A stretch of DNA of 64,000 nucleotides from the human T2T-CHM13v2.0 reference genome, Homo sapiens, in assembly GCF_009914755.1 (NCBI RefSeq), contig NC_060930.1; one strand, given 5' to 3'. A program made the position numbers and the translations under genes. Numbering within the stretch: position 1 is the stretch's first letter; the number at the start of each line of letters is the position of its first letter. Below, piece after piece: positions 26,244 to 48,900 of this stretch. The notes below the pieces were generated by a model that ran no database searches, was not told the origin of the DNA, and was given only the letters and a program-made list of their open reading frames with translations.

Positions 26244-26684
26244 TGTCTCAATTAATTTTGTGTAGAACACTTGAGACTGAGTAATTTGCAAAGAAAATAG
26301 GTTTATTTGGTTTATAATTCTGGTGACTGACAAGTCCAAGATTGGGTGGCTGCATCTGGTGAGGGCCTCGTGTTGCTTTAATTCATCACAGAAAGAGGAA
26401 GGGGAGAGGATGTGTACAAAGAGATCACATGGTGAGAGAGAAAGAAAGAGATAGAAACCAAGGAAGCCAGACTCTTTTTAACAACCCACTCTTGTGGTAA
26501 TTAATCCGATTCCAGGATGGCAAGAACTCATTAACTCCTGAGTGAACACATTAATCTATTCATGAAGGATTTTCCCCCATGGCCCAAATACCTCCCACTA
26601 GGCCCTACATTTCCACACAGCCAACATGGGGATAAAACTTCAATTTAAGTTTTGGGAGAGGCAAACTACATCCAAACTGTAACA
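26244..26684 (-). mobile_element. MSTB-like MaLR solo LTR
   Basis: tg...ca termini, 'gcatctggtgagggcctc', 'gagatcacatggtgagaga', 'cattaatctattcatga', 'cctcccactaggccc'. Confidence 0.8.
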
Positions 26685-27351
26685 ATTCCCATCACAATAA
26701 AATCTCTTAGTGAACCAGAAGAAAAAGCATCAATCTTCTCAATATTGAAAGGCAGAAAACTTTTTACCTAACATCAAACGAAAATATCCATTCTCAGCAC
26801 TCTGAATCAACATTTACTATGTGGTCTATTCAGTGAACATGCCACAAAAATTAAATGAAAGCTTCAGTCTGGATAAGAAAAAACAAAGCTTTTTTTATTC
26901 ACATAAAGTATGATAGTCAGGTAAAATTGAAGGAATCTAGCTGAAACTACTATAACTAATGAATAAATATACCAAGATCACAAGAAATTGTTTACACTTG
27001 AAAAACTAATTATATTTCTATATACTAGAAATAATTGATAAATTAAAAGAATACCATTTATTATAGCATATATTTAAATGTAAAAACTGAAATTATGAAT
27101 TATTTAGAATATGAAAGAGAGATTTATGAACTTGGATAAGATAAATATCTATTTGTTAAGCCACAAAACATCCCACTAATTATATTTTAAAAATAAATTG
27201 GATTTCAAAAAAAATTAAAGCAAAGAAAATTTGGTCCTTGCAGGACATTGTTAAGAAGATACAAATGGATATCACAGACAGGGAAAAATGTGCACAGTGT
27301 AAAGGACTATAAATCTAGAATGTATAAAGACAAATATTTGTAATCTGGAAG

Positions 27352-30023
27352 TGACTTAGGTTATCTGGGGCTGCCATAACAAAATGCCAAAGATTAGGAG
27401 GCTTAATTAAACAACAGGCATTTTTCACAGTCCTGGAGGCTGGAAATCTGACATTAGGGTGTCAGCAGATTGGCCCTTGATGAGGACCCTCTTCCTGGCC
27501 TTGTTTGCTGACATGATCTTCTTCCCTGTGCATGAGCAGAGCAAGAGAGCTTTGGTCTCTCTTCTTTTCTTATAAGGATTGTCTTAGTCTGTTCTCATGC
27601 TGCTTTAAGGACATACCTAAGACTGGGTAATTTATAAAGGAAAAAAGGATTAATTGACTCACATTTCCATAGAGCTGGGAAGGCCTCATGAGATTACAAT
27701 TATGGTGGAGGTGAACAAGTCCTTCTTCAAATGGTGGCAGGAAGAAGTACAGAGCAAAATGGGGAAAAGTCTCTTATGAAACCATGAGTACTCACTTACT
27801 ATGATGAGAATAGCAGCATGGGGATAACCGCCCCCATGATTCAATTATCTCCCACAAGATCCCTCCCACAACATGTGGGAATTATGGGAACTATAGTTCA
27901 AGATGAGATTTGGGTGGGGGCACAGCCAAATCATACCTTTCTGCTCCTGGCCCCTCCTAAATCACATGTCCTCACATTTCAAAACACAATCATGCCTTCC
28001 CAACAGTTTCCCAAAGTCTTAACTCATTTCAGGATTAACTCAAAAGTCCAAGTCCATAGTGTCATCTGAGACAAGGCAAGTTCCTTCTGCCTATGAGCCT
28101 GTAAAATCAAAAGCAAGCTCGTTACTTCCAAGTTATAATGGGGGTACAGTCAATGGGTAAATACACCAATTCCAAGTGGAAGAAATTGGCCAAAGCGAAG
28201 AGACTACTGCCCCATGCAAGTCTCAAATCCAACAGGGCAGGCTTTAACCTTAAAGTTCCAAAGTGATCGCCTTTGACTCCATGTCTTAAATCCAGGTAAT
28301 GCTGATGCAAGAGGTGGGTTTCCACAGCCTTGGGCAGCTCTGCCCCTGTGGCTTTGAAGGGTACAGCCACCTTCCCAGCTGGTTTCATGGGCAGCTTTTC
28401 CAGGTGCACAGTGCAAACTCTGTGTGTATCTACCATTCTGGGGTATGGAAGACTGTGGTTCTCTTCTTACAGCTCCACTATGCAGTACCTCAGTGGCTAC
28501 AGCTCCACTATGCAGTACCTCCACTATGCAGTACCTTGTGTGGGGGCTGTAACCCCACATTTCTGCCCTGTACTGCCCTAGCAGAGGTTCTCCATGAGGG
28601 TTCCATCCCTGCAGCAAAATTCTGCCTGGAGATCTAGGAGCTTCCATACATTCTATGAAATCTAGGTGGAGGTTCCTCAACCTCAATTCTTGACTTCTTT
28701 GCACCCACAGGCCCAACACCATGTGAAACCTCCCAAGGCTTGGGGCTTGCACCCTCTGAAGCAATGGCCTTGGCTGTCTATTGGCCCATTTTAGCCAAGT
28801 CTGGAATCCAGGGCACCAAGTCCTGAGACTGCACAAAGCAGCAAGTTCTTGGGCCTGGCCCAGAAAACCATTTTTTCCTCCTAGTCCTCTAGGCCTGTGA
28901 TGGGTGGGGCTGCCATGAAGGTCTATGACATGCCCTGGAGACATTTCCCCCATTGTCTTGGTGAATAATATTTGGCTCCACATTACCTTTGCAAATTTCT
29001 GTAGCCAGCTTGAATTTATCCCCAGAAAATGGGCTTTTCTTTTCTATCACAATGTCAGGCTGCAAACTTTGCAAACATTTATGCTCTGCTTCCTGTTGAA
29101 CACTTTGCCACTTATAAATTTCTTCTACCAGATACCCTAAACCATCTCTCTCAAGTTCAAAGTTCCACAGTTCTCTAGGGCAGGGGAAAAATGCCACCAG
29201 TTGATTTGCATAGCAAGAGTCACTTTGCTTCAGTTCTCAACAAGTTCCTCATCTCCATCTGAGACTACCTCAGCCTGGACTTCACTGTTCATACCAGTAT
29301 CAGCACTTTGGTCAAAGCCATTCAGCAAGTCTCTAGGAAGTTCTAAACTTTCCCACATCTTCCTGTCTTCTGAGCCATCCAAGTCTCTAGGAAGTTCTAA
29401 ACTTGCTCACATGTTTCTGTCTTTTTCTGAGCCCTCCAAACTGTTCCAACCTCTGCCTGTTATGCAGTTCCAAAGTTGCTTCCCCATTTTTGGGTATCCT
29501 TACAACAATGCCCACTCTCTGTGGTACCAATTTACTGTTTTAGATTGTTCTCACACTGCTATAAGGATATACCTGAGACTGGGTAATTTATAAAGAAAAG
29601 AGGCTTGATTGACTCTGCAGGGCTGGGAAGGCCTCAGGAAAATTACAATCATGGAAAAAGGGGAAACAGTCACTTCCTTCTTCACATGGTGGCAGGGAAG
29701 AGAATTGCAGAGCAAAATGGGAAAAAGCTCCTTATAAAACCATCAGATCTCGTGAGAACTCACTCACTATCATGAGAACAGTTTGGAGAAACTGCCCCCA
29801 TAATCTAAACATCTCCCTCAAGTTCCCCCCCACAACACATGGGGATTATGGGAACTACAATTCAAGATCTGACTTGGGTGGGGGTACAGCCAAAATATAT
29901 CGCACACTACTCTCAATATGTAAACTCAGCCCTCATGACCTCATCTAAACATCATAACCCTCATTGAAATTTTGAACCCTCATTATGACATTTTGGGGTT
30001 GATACAAACATTTCATCCACAGC
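27352..30023 (-). mobile_element. MLT1A-like MaLR LTR split by the THE1 insertion (27352-27579 and 29903-30023)
   Basis: 'ggctgccataacaaaat..ctggaggctggaaatc..tcttataagg' resumes after THE1 with 'gccctcatgacctcatctaa..caaacatt..agca'. Confidence 0.7.
27580..29902 (-). mobile_element. Complete THE1 (THE1C-like) MaLR element: LTR 27580-27938, internal 27939-29535, LTR 29536-29902
   Basis: Two homologous ~360-bp LTRs and a ~1.6-kb internal region carrying MaLR ORF remnant 'FFPCPRELWNFELERDGLGYLVEEI' (28889-29197, minus strand). Confidence 0.92.
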
Positions 30024-30573
30024 AAGAAGGTATAAAATAAATTTTACAACTAGATTAGATAAACATCTATTAAAATGTATACTAGATATAAATGGATAAT
30101 TCCTGAATACAAATTTATATGTATGTCTTATAATTACATGATAACTACTTACAATCATTAGTCATCAGCAAAATGAAAATCATCAGCACAAAATATTCAC
30201 TACAGACCCACCAAAATGAGTTAAGTAAAAAGACAAACAATATCATGAGGATGGAGAGAAACTGGAAGGAACATTCTTATGTTGCTGATAGGAATACAAA
30301 TGGTACACACACTCTTAAAAGGCTTCGCATTTTTAAAATATATCAAACATAAACTTATTGTATAACCAGCAATTTCAATCCTAGGTAACAATCCAAAAAA
30401 AAAAAAAAAAACAACCCAGGAAGCACATGTCTACACAGAAACCTGTACATAAGTCATATTCCCAACAGTTTTACTCACAATAAATAAAAAATGGGAATGA
30501 AAGTTTACTAGAAAGTGAGTGGATAAACAAATTGCCCTGTATTCATACAATTAAGTAATATTTGATAATATTT

Positions 30574-30937
<364 letters not shown>

Positions 30938-33126
30938 TTATTAATACACATAATAAATACCCACTAACACACACATAATGTATTATACATGCAAAATACA
31001 TAAAAAGGTGAACAAAATACATTTTAAAATGCTAGGTCATAAAGCAGACACCAAGACCAGACACATAGTTACGTGAAAATTTAAAATAGGTAAACCTAAT
31101 CTATCTTGCCAGAAAATAGCTCATTGTTGGCTGGAGGTATATATTAGGGGAGATGGAGAGTGGCTGACAGTGAAGCGTCATGGGGCAACTTCCTGTGGTG
31201 CTAGTAATAGTTTATATCTTGATTGTTGTGGTTACCATTCACATGGTGATACATATTTATTAAAATAATCAAATTGAACATTTAAAATATATTCATTTCA
31301 TTGACTGCATAATTACACCTCAATAAAGTTGAATTACATAAATTGGATCTGAACTAGGATATTCATAGTGCTTTAGAGTGCCAGAGAGAAGTAAATACTT
31401 TCACAATTTCTTGGCCCAGAAAAACTATGTACAGGCATTAGTTCTAGATTCTCACATTTTAAGATTACTCTTGTATCATAACATTTTTATGAAAAAATGA
31501 GAAACATTTTTATCTCATAAATGTGCATTAAAATCATCAATGTTATTTAACATATATTTATCACATAAATAAAAATTGAGACGTGCCATTTGAACATTTA
31601 TTTCTTGAAAATTAATAAGATGGAAATAAAATATTTGAACTGAAGCTACATAATATGGCTTAGAAAGGTTTATTTGTTATACATAACAAAAAATGGTTAA
31701 TGTCTTATTATGTATCGAGGTTTTCTTTAAAACAATAAACTTCTTATAATCAGAAGGACTTTATAATTAATTGATAAACTTTAGGTTATCACAGTCAAAA
31801 TAAAACCATCCTGGTAGGAACGTGAAATGCCTGAACCAGTGCCATGAAATAAGGAGATTCTTATATAGTTAAAACATGCTATTGCAAAATTTCAAAAGCT
31901 CGTAATAGTAATGTTTCAAAAAAATAAACCATAACCAAAACAAACAAACAAACAAAAAAACACGAACAGATGGAGAAAATCTTAACCCCTCTAAAGAATA
32001 CCTTATTATTTGTAAATAAGTAAAATAATTGTAATTTGGGTGCTAAATTTGTAGCAGTTTTATTTGTTTGGTCAAATTTTACAAAAAATAATTTTGGGCA
32101 CACTACCAAAGTGTATTTTATCTTTATTTAGCAAAATAATCAAATAATTAAAGGGGGTGAAATATGCCAATCTCATAAAGTTAGAAACAAAACATTTTTG
32201 GTTTTATTTTGCTTTGCACATATTATTTCAACCTACACAACCTTTGTCAGCTGACTGTAAGTGGCATATGTCACAGATTGGTAGATCTCAGCCCACCCAC
32301 AGCTATGTGTATCTGAGGTATCAGTTTGTTCTTATTAGCTTGCCAGAATCCATATTTTTGCAGGGGTGGTTGGAGGTGGGTGGTAACACACACGTTTTAC
32401 TTCAAATGGAAAGTATAATCCAAACACTATGAATAAATGCACTTTAACACTAGGGATAATAATACAAATAACAGGGATTTTTTTAAAAAAAAATACTGTT
32501 CATATGGTATAAATTTCTCAAAATAGCTAAAAGAACATTTAAACTGTTTTTAGCCATAGTAGGTGTGGTGATTCACACACTAGGAAGTTTATTCTATTTT
32601 GGGGAAAATAATCATGAACTTTGTTTGGGATTGTTTATATCAAAGATTTACATGTAAATTTGCATGATGAGTGTCCAAATCCCTTGGCAACCCTTCATCC
32701 CAATTACATAGATATATATTAATGCAAAATTAGGCTTTTTATTTTATTTACTGATAGAAAATAATATGAAACTTGAGGCTTATATTAAGAAATGCAGTCA
32801 ACAATGTCATTCATGTTCATAAAATGATAGCACTTTAAAATAAAATAGTGAGGTTTAAATTATGGTCTAGATAGCTTGGATATTTGTAGCTTTCTTCATT
32901 TTGTCCAGAATATCGTTATCCACTAAAATCTTTGTTTAACAGACTAGAATGCTAGTTGGGTGTTGTGTAGCTCAACACAAAACCACTCCAAACAATGATC
33001 AATACTCCCTGCAAGACCTTAAAAGGAACATATGCTGGAGTTACAAAATGTGAAGACAGAGGAAGAAGTTCTTTAAACTGGCATTCAGGTCTTTCCAGTG
33101 AGACAGTAAATGAGAGTGGAGTTTTA

Positions 33127-33157
33127 AAACAACAACAACAACAGCAACAACAACAAA
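33127..33157 (+). repeat. (CAA)n microsatellite
   Basis: aacaacaacaacaacagcaacaacaacaaac. Confidence 0.85.
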
Positions 33158-34087
33158 CCTTTCATGTTGAAATGCTTTTCTCTCTTTAGAATAATTAAAG
33201 CAGTATATGAATATTATGTAACATATGGAAAATACGCTAATTTAAAATGACTGATAAACCCAAGCATACAAGATAATATGGTGAACATGTTACTGCAATA
33301 CTTCATAGTTTTGCTATACAAATGTTAAAAATAAACTATACCTTGAATTACACATATTAGAGAGAACTTAAGTGTGAAAAATTCCTTGTGCTTTTGTATA
33401 ACAAGTCAAATTTATATGGGATGTCCAATATCAAACTATTTGAAAATGACATCCTACAACTAGTGATTATCAATAGTCATTATATATACTCTTGATATGA
33501 AATTAAAATATAGATTTCTTAAAATGCTTTAAGATTTTATTCAACAAATTGGCATTTTCTATATCTAAATCTTTATGGTATTTGATTTACCCAACAATGA
33601 TGACAATGTTTAAACACAATTTTATTTTTTTTAGTTTTTATCTGAAATAACTATAAATAAATGCATTTAATATGTCAGCCATTTTTTTATGTAATAAAAA
33701 TGTTGTTTTAATGTAAAACATTTCCTTTGGTCTCACAATTTATTCTTTGTATATAGGTACCTATATAAAATGAAATAAAATTAGAAATCTTATGTTTACA
33801 TACATATGAATTTAATATAGAGGTATTATATGTGTATACATATGCATGTTTAATATCTTTTAAAATCTCAGTTCAAATGCCAGAGAAATTTAAATAGAAT
33901 CATCAGTTAGAAGGAGGAAAACATTGAAATGAGACATCTATGATGTATAGGCCAAAAAAACCCTTTTTTTAAAAAATAAAGAAGGAAAGACAGCTTTATA
34001 AGAGCATCTGAAGCATAAGGGTAAACAGATTAAAGCAACCAACTATGAAATGTTGACAAGGTTTTCTATCACTAACTTTGTTTTAGA

Positions 34088-34318
34088 ATTTTTAATATAC
34101 TTCAAGTTCTGGGATACATGTGCAGAACGGGCAGGTTTGTTACATAGGTATACACGTGCCATCGTGGTTTGCTGCAACTATCAACCCGTCATCTACATTA
34201 AGTATTTCTCCTACTGCTATCCCTCACCCAGCCCCCTACAGGCCCCAGAGTGTGATGCTCCCTTCCCTGTGTCCATGTGTTCTCATTGTTCAACTCCCGC
34301 TTATGAGTGAGAACATGT
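34088..34318 (-). mobile_element. L1PA (PA7-like) 3' end fragment
   Basis: 'aagttctgggatacatgtgcagaac..gttcaactcccgcttatgagtgagaacatg'. Confidence 0.9.
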
Positions 34319-34676
34319 TTTTAAAGTCTGTAGTTAAAAAGTTGTCTTAAGTTTGCGAGTATAATTTATGACTGTTAATACCCCCTACCGTATTATTACT
34401 CTACAGTTTTTCCTTTGTAGATCATTCTGGTAAAAACTGTACTTTCGATTTTTTTGAGGTATAGTGGGATAATATAGTAAGTTTTGGAATGTCAAGAAGT
34501 TGAAAAAATAAAGGTTAATTTTGTAACAGGCACTTGAGTAATTTTTTTTGTCTTTTCAAGGTAATCTATTAAGTGATGAGATATTGATATGGATAAATAA
34601 TGTAGATGTGTGGAGAAACTGTGCTTTTCCTTTTTTGTTGCTATGAACATTTCCCAGATTAGTCCATCTTGGGTAT

Positions 34677-35093
34677 TGTCTTAGTTCATTTGTATTGCTC
34701 TAACAAAATACTACAGACTGAGTAATTTATTAACATCAGAAATTTACTTCTTTTATCAGAAAATTTTTCTGTTGTTTATCAATTACAGAGGCTGAGTAGT
34801 ACAAGATTAAGGCCCCAGCAAGGTTGGTGTCTACCGAGGGCTCAGTCTTTGCTTCCAAGATGGCACCTTGTCACTGTATCCTCTGCAGGGGCAAAATATG
34901 TGTCATCACATGGCAGAAGGGACAGAAGGGGTAAGTTCACGAGCTTGAGATCTTTTATTCAGCACTAATTCATTTATAAGGGTGGAGTTCTCATGGCCTA
35001 ATAGCCTTATAAATGTTGTACATAATACTGCTGCATTGGGGATTAAGTTTCAACATTAATTTTGGAGGGGAAACAGACCTGAATAAGAGAGCA
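34677..35093 (-). mobile_element. MSTD/MLT1A-like MaLR solo LTR
   Basis: tgtcttag...gca termini, 'gcttccaagatggcacctt', 5-bp TSD ggtat/ggtgt. Confidence 0.8.
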
Positions 35094-35219
35094 GGTGTTA
35101 TAGAATTATACCATGAAGAAAATTCACTAATTATTCTTAAAGCCTGCTTAGACTAGTTCAGATCTTATTGCTTTTCCCAAAAAAGTCACTTGAATAACTG
35201 TCCCTGATTACAAACAAAT

Positions 35220-35275
<56 letters not shown>

Positions 35276-35277
35276 TT
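35220..35277. repeat. (AT)n run fused to a ~20-nt poly-T
   Basis: Seen directly in the sequence. Confidence 0.9.
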
Positions 35278-36204
35278 GCTGGAAGAATAATGGCAAAACA
35301 CAGGTTCATAATTTAGGATGGCCTTTTCATCTGGGGTATTTAATTTTAAAACACTACATTTAACTTTTTGAAGAGATAAAGTTGCAACTGTATAATAAAT
35401 TTGTTACAAATAACAATTATTTATTTACTTTCTTTTGGAACATTTCAGCCTGTATTGAACTCTATATTCATACAGCTCATAACAAATGACATGTAACACT
35501 TAGAGAAGTGAAGAATCTGGATAATTGAAGGAAAACATCTTCCATCTAAACAAACAAATACTAAATTATACATGAAAATATTATGAAATAGATATTGAGA
35601 CTAGGTCTAAAGCTCTCTTATACTTTCCTATATTGTAAACCAAATATTTCTACATTAATTATTTATATCTGGAGCTTCTATTTTTTTCTGTTTTTTGTTA
35701 TTAATTACATTTTATAATATCAATGACCTACAATTAAAATATAATCAAATGTCTCTTTTTCCCTGTCACTTCATGTGCAATAATATTCAAGTGAAAAGTT
35801 CAGATATAATATGTGAAACTGGGAGAATTTACTTTTTAATGTAAAGCATTTTGGATGCCTTTTCTTAGAAGTATCAAAACACATGGTCCTAGTCATTATT
35901 ACACATAATCCAAAGGAGAATTTTCTCCTTAGTCTCTTAACAGTAATACTAGCCTGTACTTGTACTGGAAGTTATACCCAGAATTGACCTAGAACTGAAC
36001 TTCAGTGTATTAGCAAGATATTGGCTATGCTATTCAAATTAAATTTAACGCTTTGAAAGAAATCACTATAAAAACAAATAAGATTTTATGCAAAGCAGAT
36101 AAATTGAGAAAAACATTTTGATAATGTAGATGCAAACTTGAGGAATAAATTCAATGTAAACATACATAAATAATTACAAACATCTTTGTTAAATGACATT
36201 TTTT

Positions 36205-44180
<7,976 letters not shown>

Positions 44181-44659
44181 GCAAATAAGATGATGATTTG
44201 ACAACACAAAGACATATAATCTAGCTACGTATTGACAAAATAAACAAACAAAACTTAACATGTCTAGCTATTCATATATATAACATTAAGTAGAAAAAGC
44301 ATAGCATCCTTCCTTCTCAGGTTTAATTTTTTTTACAATGTTTAATTATTTTAACTCAGTGAACAAGTGTGAGTGTATTTAGTGTTACAGGGATAAATTC
44401 TGTATTAGACAAAGCACTCTAGGCGCAATTACTCGTGAGAGGTAGACAGACATAACTGAATTTAATATTGAAGAAAATGAAAATAATATGAAAGAGGCAA
44501 AAGTCAGTTGTTGAGACTAGTTACAGGGAGATGTGATTCACTCCACCAGGAAGAATTAGAACTTCTAAGATGTTATTTAAGAATAACAGTATTTCTATAA
44601 GTAGAGGTTGTAAGAGAAACTTGAATAATTAAAGAGAGGAAGCAAACATGGAATAGTTG

Positions 44660-44765
44660 CCTAGCAGATACCAGACATGTGGTTATGCACTTTATATATA
44701 GTCATTTCATCCCTACAAAAATTATTTGAGATAAACAACAATATTCCCATTTAAGGGATGAGTTA
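44660..44765 (-). mobile_element. MIR fragment
   Basis: 'ccagacatgtggttatgcacttta..tcatttcatccc..ttcccatttaagggatgag'. Confidence 0.5.
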
Positions 44766-45517
44766 CATCACTTTAAGACCAATCCTTTAAAAACCAAAGC
44801 AATCTATCTTTATGAACAGGCAAGAGCAATATTTCTAGATCTTGTGCTAATAGATTAACTTTTAAAATTATTTCTGAGCCAGCAAGTATTTTTATCAAGC
44901 TAAATCCACAAACATACATGGAAAGCTTTTCAATTTTTCACTTTTTATCTCAATGTTTGACATCATATTTGTAACTGTAAGGGAATTTATAGTCAATTTA
45001 CAAATGTTGCTGACTTTTGACCAAAAATAAGAGAATAAAAGTAAATCCGAGATCAAACCAAATTAAATGTAATTAAATGTTTCTAGTTTAAAATCTCACT
45101 CATATACTTACGCTATAAGAGTTTTGTGTATATTAGAGTCTGAAAAAAATAAAATGTGGAAATTATTTTAGAATAAACACCAAAAAAAATAAAAAGATAT
45201 CAGTTAACTCAAGTAAAAATGATGCTTTGTTTTGTGAAGAATTTGTAGAGCACCCAGTATCTATTTGCCTTATGGGATCTCCATTTTTAGCAATATTGAA
45301 GAATAATGATGTTCTTTTCTATTGGGAATTAACAGAGACAATCTTAAATTTTTCTTTTTATTTAATGTCAAATTTTGAACCAAATGAAAAATGTTTTAAA
45401 GATTTATGAAAATGCAGAAGCAGATGAAATTTTTAAAGAACACAGTGAGGTGAAAATATTCTAATTTTATCCTCACTGGTATAAATATTGCATTTCCTTG
45501 GGGCTGTGAATAACTAA

Positions 45518-45849
<332 letters not shown>

Positions 45850-45874
45850 CAACTTGACTTATTTTTGAATATAA

Positions 45875-45990
45875 CCAAATCAGCTTCTAACTAGACAGGT
45901 CATCTTGGGAAAATAACTCAAACTCTTAGATATTTGGTTCTTTCACATTTAAGCTGCTAAGATTGAAAATGTTCTTTAAGGCCCAATCAA
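45875..45990 (+). mobile_element. MIR fragment
   Basis: 'ctaactag..tcttgggaaaataactcaaactct..ttctttaaggccc'. Confidence 0.4.
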
Positions 45991-48900
45991 CTTTAACATT
46001 CTGCTGCAACTAGATATTTTCATGACTTAACAACTGTAACTATTATAAGCATGGAAGGAAAGATGCACAGTTATGGCACAGATAGGTTAGTATATTACTT
46101 GTTCAGTAGAAACACTTGAAATCAAATGTAATTACATTGCAACTAGTTTATTAAAATTGCAAGCCATATTTAACATATATTGCTGTCCATTAATGTACAA
46201 AAAATAAGAAAATCTATAGGCTTATTTATCAATTTTTGAAATATTAAATGAAACAGGTTTTTATATTTTCTCATACATTTTATTGTTTCTTTTTGCTCCT
46301 CAGGCTGACCAGAATAATAGACTAGCTTCAAAATCTCGAATATTATAACTTAATGTCATGAAATTCTGATAGTTTTACATGTATATATATATATAAAATC
46401 CTTTATGTTGAAGTAAATTTATTATGTTTACTTTTGTTCTGTGATACACATGTACACATATATATTTGTAATTACTCCTTTATTGCCAGATCTTGCATTC
46501 TTTTCCTCATAAGATTAATAATTAACTCTATTTTTTCTAGAATTAAGAGAAGCTGTGTTTTAAACTGCATAAATATTTTACTCAGCACCATCTACTAGGC
46601 AAAATGTAGTGATCAATAATCACTAGTAAATTTATTTCTTAAAATTATGTTTGGTCTTTATGTGTTTATATAAGATAGTAAGGTGCTATGTATTCATTCA
46701 AAAATACATAGCCTACTTGATGTCAATATTCATCAGTATACTAGGAAATTGCAAGGTACCATGTGGAAATAATTCCCTGAAACATGATTGCAGTTCATAG
46801 AGTAAGTCATTAACCACTCCACCCTTCTGACCTCGCTTTTCCCCAACTCCATGCCTGCTCCCAATGTTCTCTACTATGAACTATTTCTTGGTTTTCCATT
46901 TTTACCTTAGCCTTGCTCATTTAGTTTAGGATTAGAAATTTTCTCTCTGCTCTTGCAGTGATTCTGATTCTATTAGACTACTTAAAATCATGAGCCCTCC
47001 TGTGTCAATTCCAGCACAAACCTCAAGATTGCCACTCAAAACAAAAACAACATAAAGTAAAGAATCTTCTTAATTTGATGATTTAGAACCCAAACACAAA
47101 ATAAAATTTACTATAGTGTTTTTCAAAGCTACTAAGGGAGTTTTAGTCTTTCTTTAAAGTCTGTCTCAAAAATTCCTCAACTATAACATTATTTTTACTT
47201 CTCACATTCGTCCATGTTTGAGGAAATTAATATTTCTCCAAACTCTAAAAATTTTTTAAGGACTATAAACAAATTTTAATGTATACATGTACAGATATAT
47301 GAATATATCAATAAATTATTGAATCAACCAATGACCTATTAGATATATAGGACATTTTTACTTTACCCTTTGTTTCTTGAGCAACCCTTGATTTTTTCTA
47401 TAAATTGCATTTGGCATAATTTCTTCAGATTTCTCTCTTTACCAATTTTCATCTTCTGTATCTAATATTCTCATTAATCCATAGGTTAATGCTTTGTATC
47501 AGTGAGTTATTTATATTTAGGATTGTGATATAGTTCCTTTTCAATTTAGCATGTGTGTATATGTTATTTGTATTTGTGTCTTCGTTATTCAAATTTGCTT
47601 TTGGTTTCTTTTTTATCATCTTAATAATTTTAAACAATTATTTTATATTATTTTTTAGGTTGCTTTACTATGTCTTGGTCTTGGGGTTGTAATACTTTTA
47701 ATTGGTTAACTGTTCTCTAACTCTCTTTTGATTGATTCTTTAGGCAGTTTTACATTTTTGTTGTTGAACTTATTCTCACTGCAAAATTATACTTTATGTG
47801 ATTCCAATATATTCCTGAGTTGAGTCTCTTTGTTGACAGATATTCTGCATTTTCACTCTGATGTTCTTTTTCAATATTTTAGGTACATCAATATACAGTA
47901 CTAATTACAACCAAAATGTTAAACCTGCTCTTGGATTATGTCATTTCATGTTAGATCTTTAGATAGGTACTAATACAACAAAATCATCAGTCAATTCACT
48001 TTTGTGTGTTCTAGATATACTAATCAACTTTAATAATAATTCATTAGAAAAAAAACTTTTATGCCTATACACTCCACAGATGCAAATATACTTCTTAAGT
48101 CACTAAGCACTAATGAATTATCTTGATCCGTCTCCCTAATAGAAATTATTCCCTGATGTAATGCACACCTGAAATGTGGGTCACCCCCATCAAACAAGTT
48201 GTAAGCCTGTCTTAGATTTCAGACATATTATTTTTACAACTGTGGTTATTAACAAGTATTTATATAGTGATAAGTAATGTGTTAGGTGCCATTGGCCTTC
48301 AGGCACAATGACCGTATTTCAGATATAAAAACCTGCCTCTACTATTTTCATTGGATTTTATCAAAGTGTACTTGCATATATGTACATGTGTATTAAATAT
48401 TTTAGCAAAAATTATTAGGACAAATTAAATATACTTATGAAGATAATTAAATTTAACATCAATATCTTAATGAAGATGGAATGCAAATATTCTAAGCTTA
48501 ATAATTAATTTCCTAAAGTTTCTTAAACAGCTTAATTTCAGACCCACCTATAACCTCTATATATAAGCACATGCAGGTATATCAAGAAAATATTGTGAGT
48601 TCAGTTCCTGAGCACCCCAATTAAGCAAATATTGCAATACAGCAATTTAAACTTTTTGGGGGGTTTCCCACTGCATATAAAGGTTATGTTTGTATCATTA
48701 TGTCTATGAACAAAATCTCTATACCCAAATTTTAAAAATTCTTAATTGCTAAAAAATATTCACAATTATCTGAGCTTAGATTGAGTCACAACGTTGTGCC
48801 GAGGAAGAGACCTGCCTTGATATTGATAGCTTCTGACTGATCAGGGCTATGGTTGTTGAAGGTTGGGGTGGCTGTGACAATTTCTTAAAATGAGAAACAA

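Noticed and set aside
28204-28983. 259-aa minus-strand ORF as a novel protein
   Set aside because: Lies wholly in the THE1 internal region in a frame other than the recognisable MaLR ORF, and crosses a local triplication; no domain is visible
29325-29440. ~57-bp tandem duplication in THE1-int
   Set aside because: The copies are diverged, and I recall this duplication in other THE1-int copies, so it is probably inherited rather than locus-specific
32995-33189. Poly-Q ORF
   Set aside because: A (CAA)n microsatellite in a 64-codon ORF with no other coding support
46280-46330. Strong splice-acceptor-like site (also ~1715-1730)
   Set aside because: No matching donor or reading frame; isolated acceptors are common
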